A DNA stretch of 64,000 nucleotides from a virus. The notes under the pieces are model-generated. The model was not told the origin of the DNA. It searched no databases and saw only the letters and a program-made list of their open reading frames with translations. This document shows positions 57,251-64,000 of this stretch, piece by piece (positions within the stretch are counted from its first letter, which is position 1; every line of letters starts with the position of its first letter). The position numbers and the translations under genes were made by a program. The stretch spans positions 32,001-96,000 of the IMG/VR virus record IMGVR_UViG_3300048590_000661; one strand, written 5' to 3'.

Positions 57251-58715
57251 GTAAATTACTTAAACATCTTGCTTGTTTGCCATTAATATAAGACTTCGTA
57301 TTAATGCACCCCTTTTGAACAAAATATTGTGTAAACTCTCTTTTATATCGTGGTTGTTCACAATTTTCTAAACACCAATCTTCATACTCTTCATAAAGTT
57401 TACTAAAGAGAACTAAGTCGTTTCTATCTTTAGTAATTGTGTAATTGTACTCAGTAAGGAAATGCCCAATAGTATCTTGTTTGGCTACCATTTCATTAAG
57501 GGCATCAACTAATACTTGTGGGATATCCGGCAGTCTACCTAAGCTAAAATATTCGATAGCACCTTCAACAAACCAATGTAAAATACCTTCAATTTCTGAA
57601 ATTAGTTTATCTTCACGATCAAAGTCAATTACACTATAACCTTTAAATACTGGAATAATAATAAACCGATTAAAAAATGCAGGGTCTAGTACATCACCAA
57701 TAATCTCAAAGTTTGAAGCAATTACTAACTTAAATTTAGGCTTAATTAGTATTGGTTGCTTATTCTTTTTAGCAGCAGTAATCTTTTCTCTACCGCTAAT
57801 ATCTTTAATTAATGCCGCATTATATGTAGCATTTCTATCTGGCTCACTAACCGCCACTACTCGCTTAAATCTACTTTCAGCTAAATCAAACCCTTGATCA
57901 TTGTTTTTGCTTCTGTCTCGCGAAATAGAATTAAAGGGCAATTTAAAAAACAACTCATCAAATAATTTATCTAGGATATTAATAAATAGTGATTTACCAG
58001 AATCTTTTTCGCCAGTTAAAAATAGTGATTTCTTTTCCCTATTCCCACCAATTAATAGATACCCTAATAATACTTTAATGAAGTTTTTTACTTCTGGAAC
58101 ATCATAGTGTTTAATTAATTCAGATAGTTGTTTTTCCCATAATGAATAGTCATAAGCTTTATTTTGTTCATATGGAATATCAATCATGTAATTAATCATA
58201 TAACTAGAAGAGTGTGGTAATAATTCACCAGTCTTTAGATTAATAATTCCACTAGTAGTATTAAATAATGTGTCTAATTCGTTAGCCTCAAATACTTCTT
58301 CTTTAATATTTATTCTAGTTTCCTTCAAAAAGAATATAGTAATATTATTAATCCTATTAGTGGTTATTTCACAATTAGCTAATAGACTATTTAACTTGCT
58401 AATTTTATCTTTTAATTCTCGTTTATTATTATCATCTAAATTTTGAGAATAAAGAATGCTATTAAGTTTACTAAGTTCTGAAATTACTAATTTTGCTCGT
58501 AATTTTAATGTTTCAATAACACATTGTTGCAACTTATCTTTAGCTTGATATGGTGTCCAATATTTTTCATAAACAAGTAAAGTACTAGTTAAATCAATCT
58601 CTTTAAATAAATACCCATAAATTTCATATAGACATTGGTAATGCCCAAAATCATTTTCACTACTGTACAATAATGTGTCACGTTGCTTTTCACTTAGACC
58701 AACTTCGTTATTCAT
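57240..58715 (-). CDS. D5/P4-family SF3 helicase (no obvious primase domain)
   Basis: D5_N-like (FN...G.INLKTGEL..H), Walker A GEKDSGKS, V.VSE, IK.ISG.E.I.A, ASN, and a C-terminal winged-helix-like region. Confidence 0.85.
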   Translation of the reverse strand: MNNEVGLSEKQRDTLLYSSENDFGHYQCLYEIYGYLFKEIDLTSTLLVYEKYWTPYQAKDKLQQCVIETLKLRAKLVISELSKLNSILYSQNLDDNNKRELKDKISKLNSLLANCEITTNRINNITIFFLKETRINIKEEVFEANELDTLFNTTSGIINLKTGELLPHSSSYMINYMIDIPYEQNKAYDYSLWEKQLSELIKHYDVPEVKNFIKVLLGYLLIGGNREKKSLFLTGEKDSGKSLFINILDKLFDELFFKLPFNSISRDRSKNNDQGFDLAESRFKRVVAVSEPDRNATYNAALIKDISGREKITAAKKNKQPILIKPKFKLVIASNFEIIGDVLDPAFFNRFIIIPVFKGYSVIDFDREDKLISEIEGILHWFVEGAIEYFSLGRLPDIPQVLVDALNEMVAKQDTIGHFLTEYNYTITKDRNDLVLFSKLYEEYEDWCLENCEQPRYKREFTQYFVQKGCINTKSYINGKQARCLSNLQDR

Positions 58716-58785
58716 TTTCGTTTCCTTTTAAATTTGGCAATTTTACTAGTTGTATAGTATATTACCAATAGACGGTAGTTTTGTG

Positions 58786-58813
58786 TACCCTGCTAGTTAG
58801 CCCTAGTAGGGTA
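58786..58813. terminator. hairpin downstream of the RHH gene
   Basis: TACCCTGCTAG-N6-CTAGTAGGGTA (one G-U pair as read on the + strand). Confidence 0.5.
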
Positions 58814-58993
58814 TTATTTTTCTAATACGCTTTCTAGTACTGCTAATGAACCTAAATCACTAAACTCCTTAGTTAATTCTTCTGTAATTAGGTCATCCAA
58901 TAGTTTGACCATACTACACCCTCTTAATGCAGCGAGTACCTTTACTTTCTTTAGCGTACTCACCCAAATCTTCGTTGTTACTTGCGGTTCCAT
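58814..58993 (-). CDS. ribbon-helix-helix-like regulator (59 aa, not in ORF track)
   Basis: MEPQVTTKIWVSTLRKVKVLAALRGCSMVKLLDDLITEEL...; AAGGA ribosome-binding site; own promoter. Confidence 0.65.
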   Translation of the reverse strand: MEPQVTTKIWVSTLKKVKVLAALRGCSMVKLLDDLITEELTKEFSDLGSLAVLESVLEK

Positions 58994-59039
58994 TATTCTT
59001 CCTTTACTATGTTAGACTGTTAATATTGCCTACATACAC

Positions 59040-59069
59040 ATTATACAACACATACCATAGTTTTGTCAA
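59040..59069 (-). promoter_or_regulatory. leftward promoter of a divergent pair
   Basis: TTGACA-18-TATAAT. Confidence 0.7.
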
Positions 59070-59126
59070 ATAAGTGTATGCGGTTAGAGTAAAATACTTA
59101 TTATCTACTAATTAAAATATTCCCTA

Positions 59127-59155
59127 TTGACAACTATAGGAATGTGTGGTATCAT
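59127..59155 (+). promoter_or_regulatory. rightward promoter of a divergent pair
   Basis: TTGACA-17-TATCAT with TGTGG. Confidence 0.7.
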
Positions 59156-59215
59156 ATATAAGATAATTAATAGTAGTATTAATCTAACCAATAATTAAAA
59201 AGAAAGATATATAAC

Positions 59216-59620
59216 ATGATTGAATTAAAGATTGTAGCAACTAGCGTAGCTGACTTAAACACCCAATTAATGAATATGCTAGGTATTTACCCTACTTGTG
59301 ACGAATGTAGTAATGAGGAAGAAGAGTATTCATGTGATTGTGAAGAGTGTAAGGCTAACCGTGAAGTAGAAGCGCCAGATCATTTTATTGATTGGCTGTT
59401 TAATACCACTTACCACGATACTGAAGGGTTTGCGATTTCGATTAGCAAGGCTTATGATGAATACTTTGAATATTATAAAGTAAAATGTCAAGAAGTCAGT
59501 CTTAATGAGGAACCATTAGATATTGAAGACTTTACTGGACTAATGTTAGATAATGGTTTTTATCTCGTTAATACAGATTGTGATAGTTTTTTTGTATTAG
59601 ATGAGACTTATGCACAGTAA
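59216..59620 (+). CDS. protein with Cys-rich linker and a D5 C-terminal-like winged-helix domain
   Basis: SKAYDEYFEY...EEPL...FT..M...G resembles SKLYEEYEDW...EQP....FT..F...G at the helicase C-terminus. Confidence 0.5.
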   Translation: MIELKIVATSVADLNTQLMNMLGIYPTCDECSNEEEEYSCDCEECKANREVEAPDHFIDWLFNTTYHDTEGFAISISKAYDEYFEYYKVKCQEVSLNEEPLDIEDFTGLMLDNGFYLVNTDCDSFFVLDETYAQ

Positions 59621-60167
59621 TGCTAATATTATTTTAGATAAATTTGCCATATTATTTTCTAGCATATTAACTAACACGGAAACTATTAGGTATTTTTTAT
59701 TAACGACTAAACTGAGAAGGATCGATATTAAGGTATTTAAGATCCTTTCTCAGAATATCCTTAATAAAATAAAATTAAACTTTAGTAATAATATCCTAGC
59801 TAACTGGAACAGTTTTTTACTTCTTCTAACACTATATTCAGTAGATAAAGGGATAATAGATTGTGAGGAAGGTGATATTATTATTTATTCCTTTCTAGAT
59901 AGGTATATGTTTGATAAAGAGTCGTATTATGAAGCCCAGGAAGATTGGGTAGAGATATGCAATATGAGTAATGAGATAGAGTATAACTTCCTACAATTTA
60001 TTATGGCGACATTATGTGAAAATAAATATGATTATGCCTTCGTGAATAGTTTTCTAGATGATTTAGATAGTGAATTTAGGGAAAAGATACTAGGGTTTGT
60101 TTACAAAAATGAGCGAGTAAGACAAGGGTTTGATGAATATATCGCTAATATAGAAAATGAGAAATAA
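59601..60167 (+). CDS. hypothetical protein
   Basis: 188-aa ORF with TAATG coupling to the next gene. Confidence 0.55.
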   Translation: MRLMHSNANIILDKFAILFSSILTNTETIRYFLLTTKLRRIDIKVFKILSQNILNKIKLNFSNNILANWNSFLLLLTLYSVDKGIIDCEEGDIIIYSFLDRYMFDKESYYEAQEDWVEICNMSNEIEYNFLQFIMATLCENKYDYAFVNSFLDDLDSEFREKILGFVYKNERVRQGFDEYIANIENEK

Positions 60168-61024
60168 TGGAACAAATTACGAACGCAGAATTTAGCAGTC
60201 TTAATAATATTATTCATAATGGCTTATATGGCATTAAGAAAACTTACATCGATAAGAAGCGAGATTATGCCACTGGTAAAAATGCAGGGTATTGCCCTAG
60301 AATGGCTTACTTAAATTCAAAGATGGAAAATGAGGTTACGTTAGAAGCTTTACCACTTGTTACAGCTTCTATGGGTAAGGCTTATGAAGATATTATGCTT
60401 AAGTCATTACAAGAACAAGGCACATTATTTGGGTATGATTTAACCTTGAATAATAATACGTTTCCAGTACCGCACTTAAATTTTTATGGCACAATTGATG
60501 CAGTAGTAAAAGATGATAATGAAAAGTTATTTGTAGTAGACTTCAAGACAAAAAACTCAGTAGATGATGATACGAAAGCTACACCGGCAGATATTGCACA
60601 ACTATCTTCTTATTGTGCATTAACTGGCTTACCTGGAAGTTTAATCTATTTATCACGCAAGGTCAATGAGAGCTATAACACTATTGGGTATAAAGTTGTC
60701 CAACTTGATATTGATTACAAACATATTCTCCATATCATGTTCTTTTCTAGCCTATGTATTAGAAATAATATTTTGCCACCAAAGCCAAAGAATTTCAAAA
60801 AAACTGTCCACTGCTCATACTGTTCATTTTTACCATTTTGCTATGAGGATAAAGAAATCCCATTTGCCTATAATAATGTAACTAAAGAAGCCTATGAGGA
60901 AAGTGAAAAATACGCAATAGATTACTTTACTAATATTGACGAGCATCGAGAACGTTTTATTAATAAGGTAAAAAGTAACGAATTACGTGGATATTACTTT
61001 AAGTCTCTTGAAGAAAGAAATTAA
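60167..61024 (+). CDS. Cas4-like PD-(D/E)XK exonuclease
   Basis: YCPR, GTIDA...VDFKT, QL..Y, C-terminal HCSYCSFLPFC Fe-S motif. Confidence 0.8.
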   Translation: MEQITNAEFSSLNNIIHNGLYGIKKTYIDKKRDYATGKNAGYCPRMAYLNSKMENEVTLEALPLVTASMGKAYEDIMLKSLQEQGTLFGYDLTLNNNTFPVPHLNFYGTIDAVVKDDNEKLFVVDFKTKNSVDDDTKATPADIAQLSSYCALTGLPGSLIYLSRKVNESYNTIGYKVVQLDIDYKHILHIMFFSSLCIRNNILPPKPKNFKKTVHCSYCSFLPFCYEDKEIPFAYNNVTKEAYEESEKYAIDYFTNIDEHRERFINKVKSNELRGYYFKSLEERN

Positions 61025-61030
61025 CCTATC

Positions 61031-61339
61031 ATGAAAGTATCCGTAAACGTAGAAGATTGGGAAAATAACTATATAGAGTTTCATGAATCTGATACATGGA
61101 ATATGGATAGTATTTTAGGCTACATAATTCTTAATTCGCTAATTGAGTTTCGTAAACACGCTACAGAAGGAACACCACAGGGGATAGAAAGTAATGATGA
61201 ATGGTTAGTTATTTTAGATAGCATGATTAGTAGTTTTGATTTGATTCAAGATGATATTATGAACTATCACGACCATGAAGAAACTATCAACTTAGGTCTT
61301 AATAACTTCGCTAAGTATTTACCTAGTTTGTGGACATAA
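61031..61339 (+). CDS. conserved hypothetical phage protein
   Basis: DTWNMD..L...W..ILD.MI..F...GL..FAKY...LW. Confidence 0.65.
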   Translation: MKVSVNVEDWENNYIEFHESDTWNMDSILGYIILNSLIEFRKHATEGTPQGIESNDEWLVILDSMISSFDLIQDDIMNYHDHEETINLGLNNFAKYLPSLWT

Positions 61340-61647
61340 ATATGATTAAAGAAAATATTAGTATTGATGAAGTAGTAACATTATTAAATGAAATGCTTTC
61401 GTTAGATATTGGCGCTACAGCCGCCTTATTAGCAAATAGGGTGCCATGTAATAGTGATTTAGTTAACCATCCAACTATTCAAGTGGATACCCAACATGGG
61501 GTTTATTTTGTTGGATTACTAGGTGTAATTAATGGGTTATTTGGTGTAAACGAAGATAATCAAGGCGCAATAGGGTATGTATTTGAAGACGATTATAATA
61601 GTGGTGGACGTAAATTAGTTAGGTTTCAAAAAATGAAATATGATTAG
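61330..61647 (+). CDS. conserved hypothetical phage protein
   Basis: RVPCN..L..HPTIQV...VGLLGVINGLFG. Confidence 0.65.
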   Translation: MDINMIKENISIDEVVTLLNEMLSLDIGATAALLANRVPCNSDLVNHPTIQVDTQHGVYFVGLLGVINGLFGVNEDNQGAIGYVFEDDYNSGGRKLVRFQKMKYD

Positions 61648-61726
61648 TTTAAGTTTTGAAATAGATGGGTACTTTTGGTAGACTAGTGGTAGGTAACGTA
61701 AATAACTATTCAGGAGAAGAATAAAA

Positions 61727-62047
61727 TTGTTTAATCTATTTTCAAATATTGACGTTTTAGCAAAGAGTATCCAAGATTTAGTAACTCGCATCACTACATT
61801 TACCAATTCTCTTACGACTACGCTTAATGCGTTAGTTGAAAAAGTTGATAATTTAGTTGAAACGGTTACTGACGAAATTGAAGATTTTGTAGAACCTATG
61901 CCAGTTGTTAATATCAAACTCGAAGACGGAACTGTATTTTCAAATGCAGTAATTTCTATTGATGAGGGTCTACTAAATATTTCTGTTACTGATGGCGAAA
62001 AAACAGAATTATATGTAACTAATCTTGGCTTCATTGCTAAAGTTTAA
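61727..62047 (+). CDS. hypothetical protein
   Basis: TTG start after AGGAG; followed by a terminator. Confidence 0.55.
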   Translation: MFNLFSNIDVLAKSIQDLVTRITTFTNSLTTTLNALVEKVDNLVETVTDEIEDFVEPMPVVNIKLEDGTVFSNAVISIDEGLLNISVTDGEKTELYVTNLGFIAKV

Positions 62048-62093
62048 TAAATTAATACACTAATAGCTGGTTACTATTAGTGTATTAATTTAT
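62047..62093. terminator. 20-bp hairpin, probable bidirectional terminator
   Basis: ATAAATTAATACACTAATAG-N7-CTATTAGTGTATTAATTTAT between convergent genes. Confidence 0.75.
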
Positions 62094-62851
62094 GTATTAT
62101 AATATTCGTTGTATATTTCTAATAGTTCATTACGATATTTGTATTCTTTACCCATCCAATCTTCTAAATCGGTTAGGGTATTAGGTTGTCTATTTGAGTA
62201 AATATAATGAAAATCATACATATGGCAGTTTTCACATAACGTGACGAGATTCGCTTCTTCAAATCTTAATTCAGTGTAATTGCTAAAATCAAAGATATGA
62301 TGACAATTTAATTCGGCACCTTGCATATTACATTTCTGACAAGTAAATTCGTCTCTTTCACGAATAATAGGGTTTATAATAGAAGATAAATAATTTCTAT
62401 CTATTCTATTTCTTCCAGTTATCCCGCCCTTCCAAAAATTACTGTTTTCACCAGAATGAGCGCTAATAAGTCTTTCTTTATGGTAGCACCCGCACGAAGT
62501 AGTGTTAGAACTTTGTAAATTATTGCCGCGAATTACCTTTTCATTACCACAATCACAAATACAATTGTAGTCCCACCTACCACGGTTATATTGTGAGTGT
62601 TTGCTAATAACTATTAAACGACCAAATCTTTGCCCTGTTAAATCATTAGAGTGAGCGCAAGACCGACAGCAAAAACTATTGTTTGTCTTTCTTAATTCAT
62701 TTAATCCAATTTCATAATTTTTCCTACATAACATACATTCGCATAAAAAATATCTTTCTTTTCCTCGTTTTTCTGTTTCTTTAATTACTTTCCAATGTTT
62801 ATTGGGAAATGTATCACCTGGATTAATTTCTATTTTCTTTCTACCCATCAT
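62090..62851 (-). CDS. HNH homing endonuclease, copy 5 (A-B-HNH)
   Basis: WKVIKE..K..RYFLCEC; DLTGQRFGRL...TTSCGC; WKGG; RDEFTCQKC...HHI...NLVTLC..CH. Confidence 0.85.
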   Translation of the reverse strand: MMGRKKIEINPGDTFPNKHWKVIKETEKRGKERYFLCECMLCRKNYEIGLNELRKTNNSFCCRSCAHSNDLTGQRFGRLIVISKHSQYNRGRWDYNCICDCGNEKVIRGNNLQSSNTTSCGCYHKERLISAHSGENSNFWKGGITGRNRIDRNYLSSIINPIIRERDEFTCQKCNMQGAELNCHHIFDFSNYTELRFEEANLVTLCENCHMYDFHYIYSNRQPNTLTDLEDWMGKEYKYRNELLEIYNEYYNT

Positions 62852-63005
62852 TTACCTCAATACCATTTTTTTCAGCATAGTCACGAATGGCGAGTTCTAG
62901 AATAGAGGGTTTCGTAATATTCAGTTTTTCAGATAGTTTTTCTAATAACTTCTTTGCCTTGACTGAAAAACGGATACTAGTTGGGTCTGCTTTATTGATC
63001 TTCAT
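62841..63005 (-). CDS. ribbon-helix-helix-like regulator (54 aa, not in ORF track)
   Basis: MKINKADPTSIRFSVKAKKLLEKLSEKLNITKPSILELAIRDYAEKNGIEVNDG*; AGGAG ribosome-binding site; overlaps the HNH start. Confidence 0.7.
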   Translation of the reverse strand: MKINKADPTSIRFSVKAKKLLEKLSEKLNITKPSILELAIRDYAEKNGIEVNDG

Positions 63006-63044
63006 ATTTTCTCCTAATAGAATAAGTATTTATTACATAGCTAC

Positions 63045-63073
63045 ATTGTAACACATTATGGATTATTTTGCAA
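63045..63073 (-). promoter_or_regulatory. promoter for the RHH-HNH cassette
   Basis: TTGCAA-17-TACAAT. Confidence 0.55.
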
Positions 63074-63089
63074 ATTAATAATTACATGC

Positions 63090-63118
63090 TTGACTTATTT
63101 TAGTTTTTGATGTATACT
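63090..63118 (+). promoter_or_regulatory. promoter for the NADAR gene
   Basis: TTGACT-17-TATACT. Confidence 0.6.
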
Positions 63119-63160
63119 ATTCATATCAATCAAAGTTAATCTTTTAGAAAGCAGAATACC

Positions 63161-63667
63161 ATGATTACAGATTTTAGTTTAGATGGTCGTCATTGGTTCC
63201 TTAATAACTATTCAATTTCACCTCTGATTATTAATCAAGAATATTTAGCCCCAAGTATTGCACATGCTTTTCATGCTCTAATGGCTGCTACGCCTAAAGA
63301 TATGGTTCGCATTGTTACTGCTAGAACGCCAAGTGAAGCTACTAGAATGGGGTTAAAATTACTACGTGAAGGTAAAGTTCGGAAAGACTATAATGAAGTA
63401 TTTTACAACACAATGAAACAGTTAATTAACCAGAAGTTCAATAAACCAGAGTTTAAAGAGCTATTATTAACTACTGGTGATCAACTACTTCTTAATGTTA
63501 ACGAATATTCAGATCGCTATTGGGGTGTTGTTATTGAATTACCTAATTATGCTAGTTTAGACCAATTAGGTAATGTAAGTATTGGGCCACAATATGTAGG
63601 CTTTAACAAGTTGGGCAAGCTAATCATGGAAGTACGTGAAGAGCTAAAGGAAGAAAATCATGTTTAG
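63161..63667 (+). CDS. NADAR (YbiA-like) family protein
   Basis: FLNNY...S.AHAFHA...P.EA.RMG...KF....KELLLTTGD...DRYWG...G.NKLGKLIMEVREEL. Confidence 0.85.
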   Translation: MITDFSLDGRHWFLNNYSISPLIINQEYLAPSIAHAFHALMAATPKDMVRIVTARTPSEATRMGLKLLREGKVRKDYNEVFYNTMKQLINQKFNKPEFKELLLTTGDQLLLNVNEYSDRYWGVVIELPNYASLDQLGNVSIGPQYVGFNKLGKLIMEVREELKEENHV

Positions 63668-63956
63668 CAAACCAGTATATGAATTAGATATTTCCCACGA
63701 ATTTAGTAATTTAGCTGCCCAATTAGATGATGAATTAACTTCACATGATAGTTTTAGGTTTTATTCTGGTAGTTATGATATTAGCCCTAAAATAGACGCA
63801 GTACATAATTGGTGTTTAGATAGTAGTGTTCCCACAAACTATAAAGTAGGAAATGAGATGATTCTATTCCTACATAAATTAGAGATATATGATTTTACTT
63901 TACCGTCTGATTTCCTTTTATTCTTAATTAAGCCCGACCTAGTTTTTGGTGCTTGA
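63660..63956 (+). CDS. hypothetical protein
   Basis: 98-aa ORF overlapping the NADAR end. Confidence 0.5.
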   Translation: MFSKPVYELDISHEFSNLAAQLDDELTSHDSFRFYSGSYDISPKIDAVHNWCLDSSVPTNYKVGNEMILFLHKLEIYDFTLPSDFLLFLIKPDLVFGA

Positions 63957-63981
63957 CAACCGTTTCAAAGTGTGGTAAACT
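63953..63981 (+). promoter_or_regulatory. sigma70-type promoter at the window edge
   Basis: TTGACA-17-TAAACT with TGTGG. Confidence 0.65.
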
Positions 63982-64000
63982 ATATACGTGGCGTTACTGG

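Noticed and set aside
61615-62034. 139-aa minus-strand ORF
   Set aside because: Antisense shadow of 61727-62047, which has the ribosome-binding site and terminator.
1-64000. Stop-codon reassignment, diversity-generating retroelement, or integrase/att site
   Set aside because: Genes are intact and densely packed in the standard code with all three stops used. No reverse transcriptase, TR/VR pair or integrase was seen.

Overview
The window is part of an AT-rich (roughly 30% GC by eye) large tailed-phage genome, siphovirus-like. Positions 1-22336 (+) are virion tail and lysis genes: a GC-rich fibre C-terminus, tail chaperones, a 3605-aa tape measure, distal tail/tip proteins and a multidomain endolysin. 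Positions 22361-58993 (-) carry replication and nucleotide-metabolism genes (DnaG-like primase, DnaB-like helicase, Pol III alpha, RNA ligase, RuvC-like resolvase, ThyX, class II ribonucleotide reductase split by a LAGLIDADG-encoding group I intron, adenine and cytosine methyltransferases, D5-like helicase beside an iteron array) plus many small accessory genes. Positions 59216-64000 are mostly (+) and include a Cas4-like nuclease and a NADAR protein. Consensus sigma70 promoters recur. Several motifs suggest a Chloroflexota host (inference). The most striking feature is at 55942-56430 (-): a tRNA-Leu-type cloverleaf whose anticodon loop is replaced by about 400 nt of HNH endonuclease mRNA, with the end of the HNH ORF dual-coding the 3' half of the tRNA. 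Also notable are five paralogous HNH genes with shuffled Cys-rich modules, a stand-alone EAD1-like domain, and secreted proteins with a YLPL-type motif. All family assignments come from motif recognition by eye, with no database searches.
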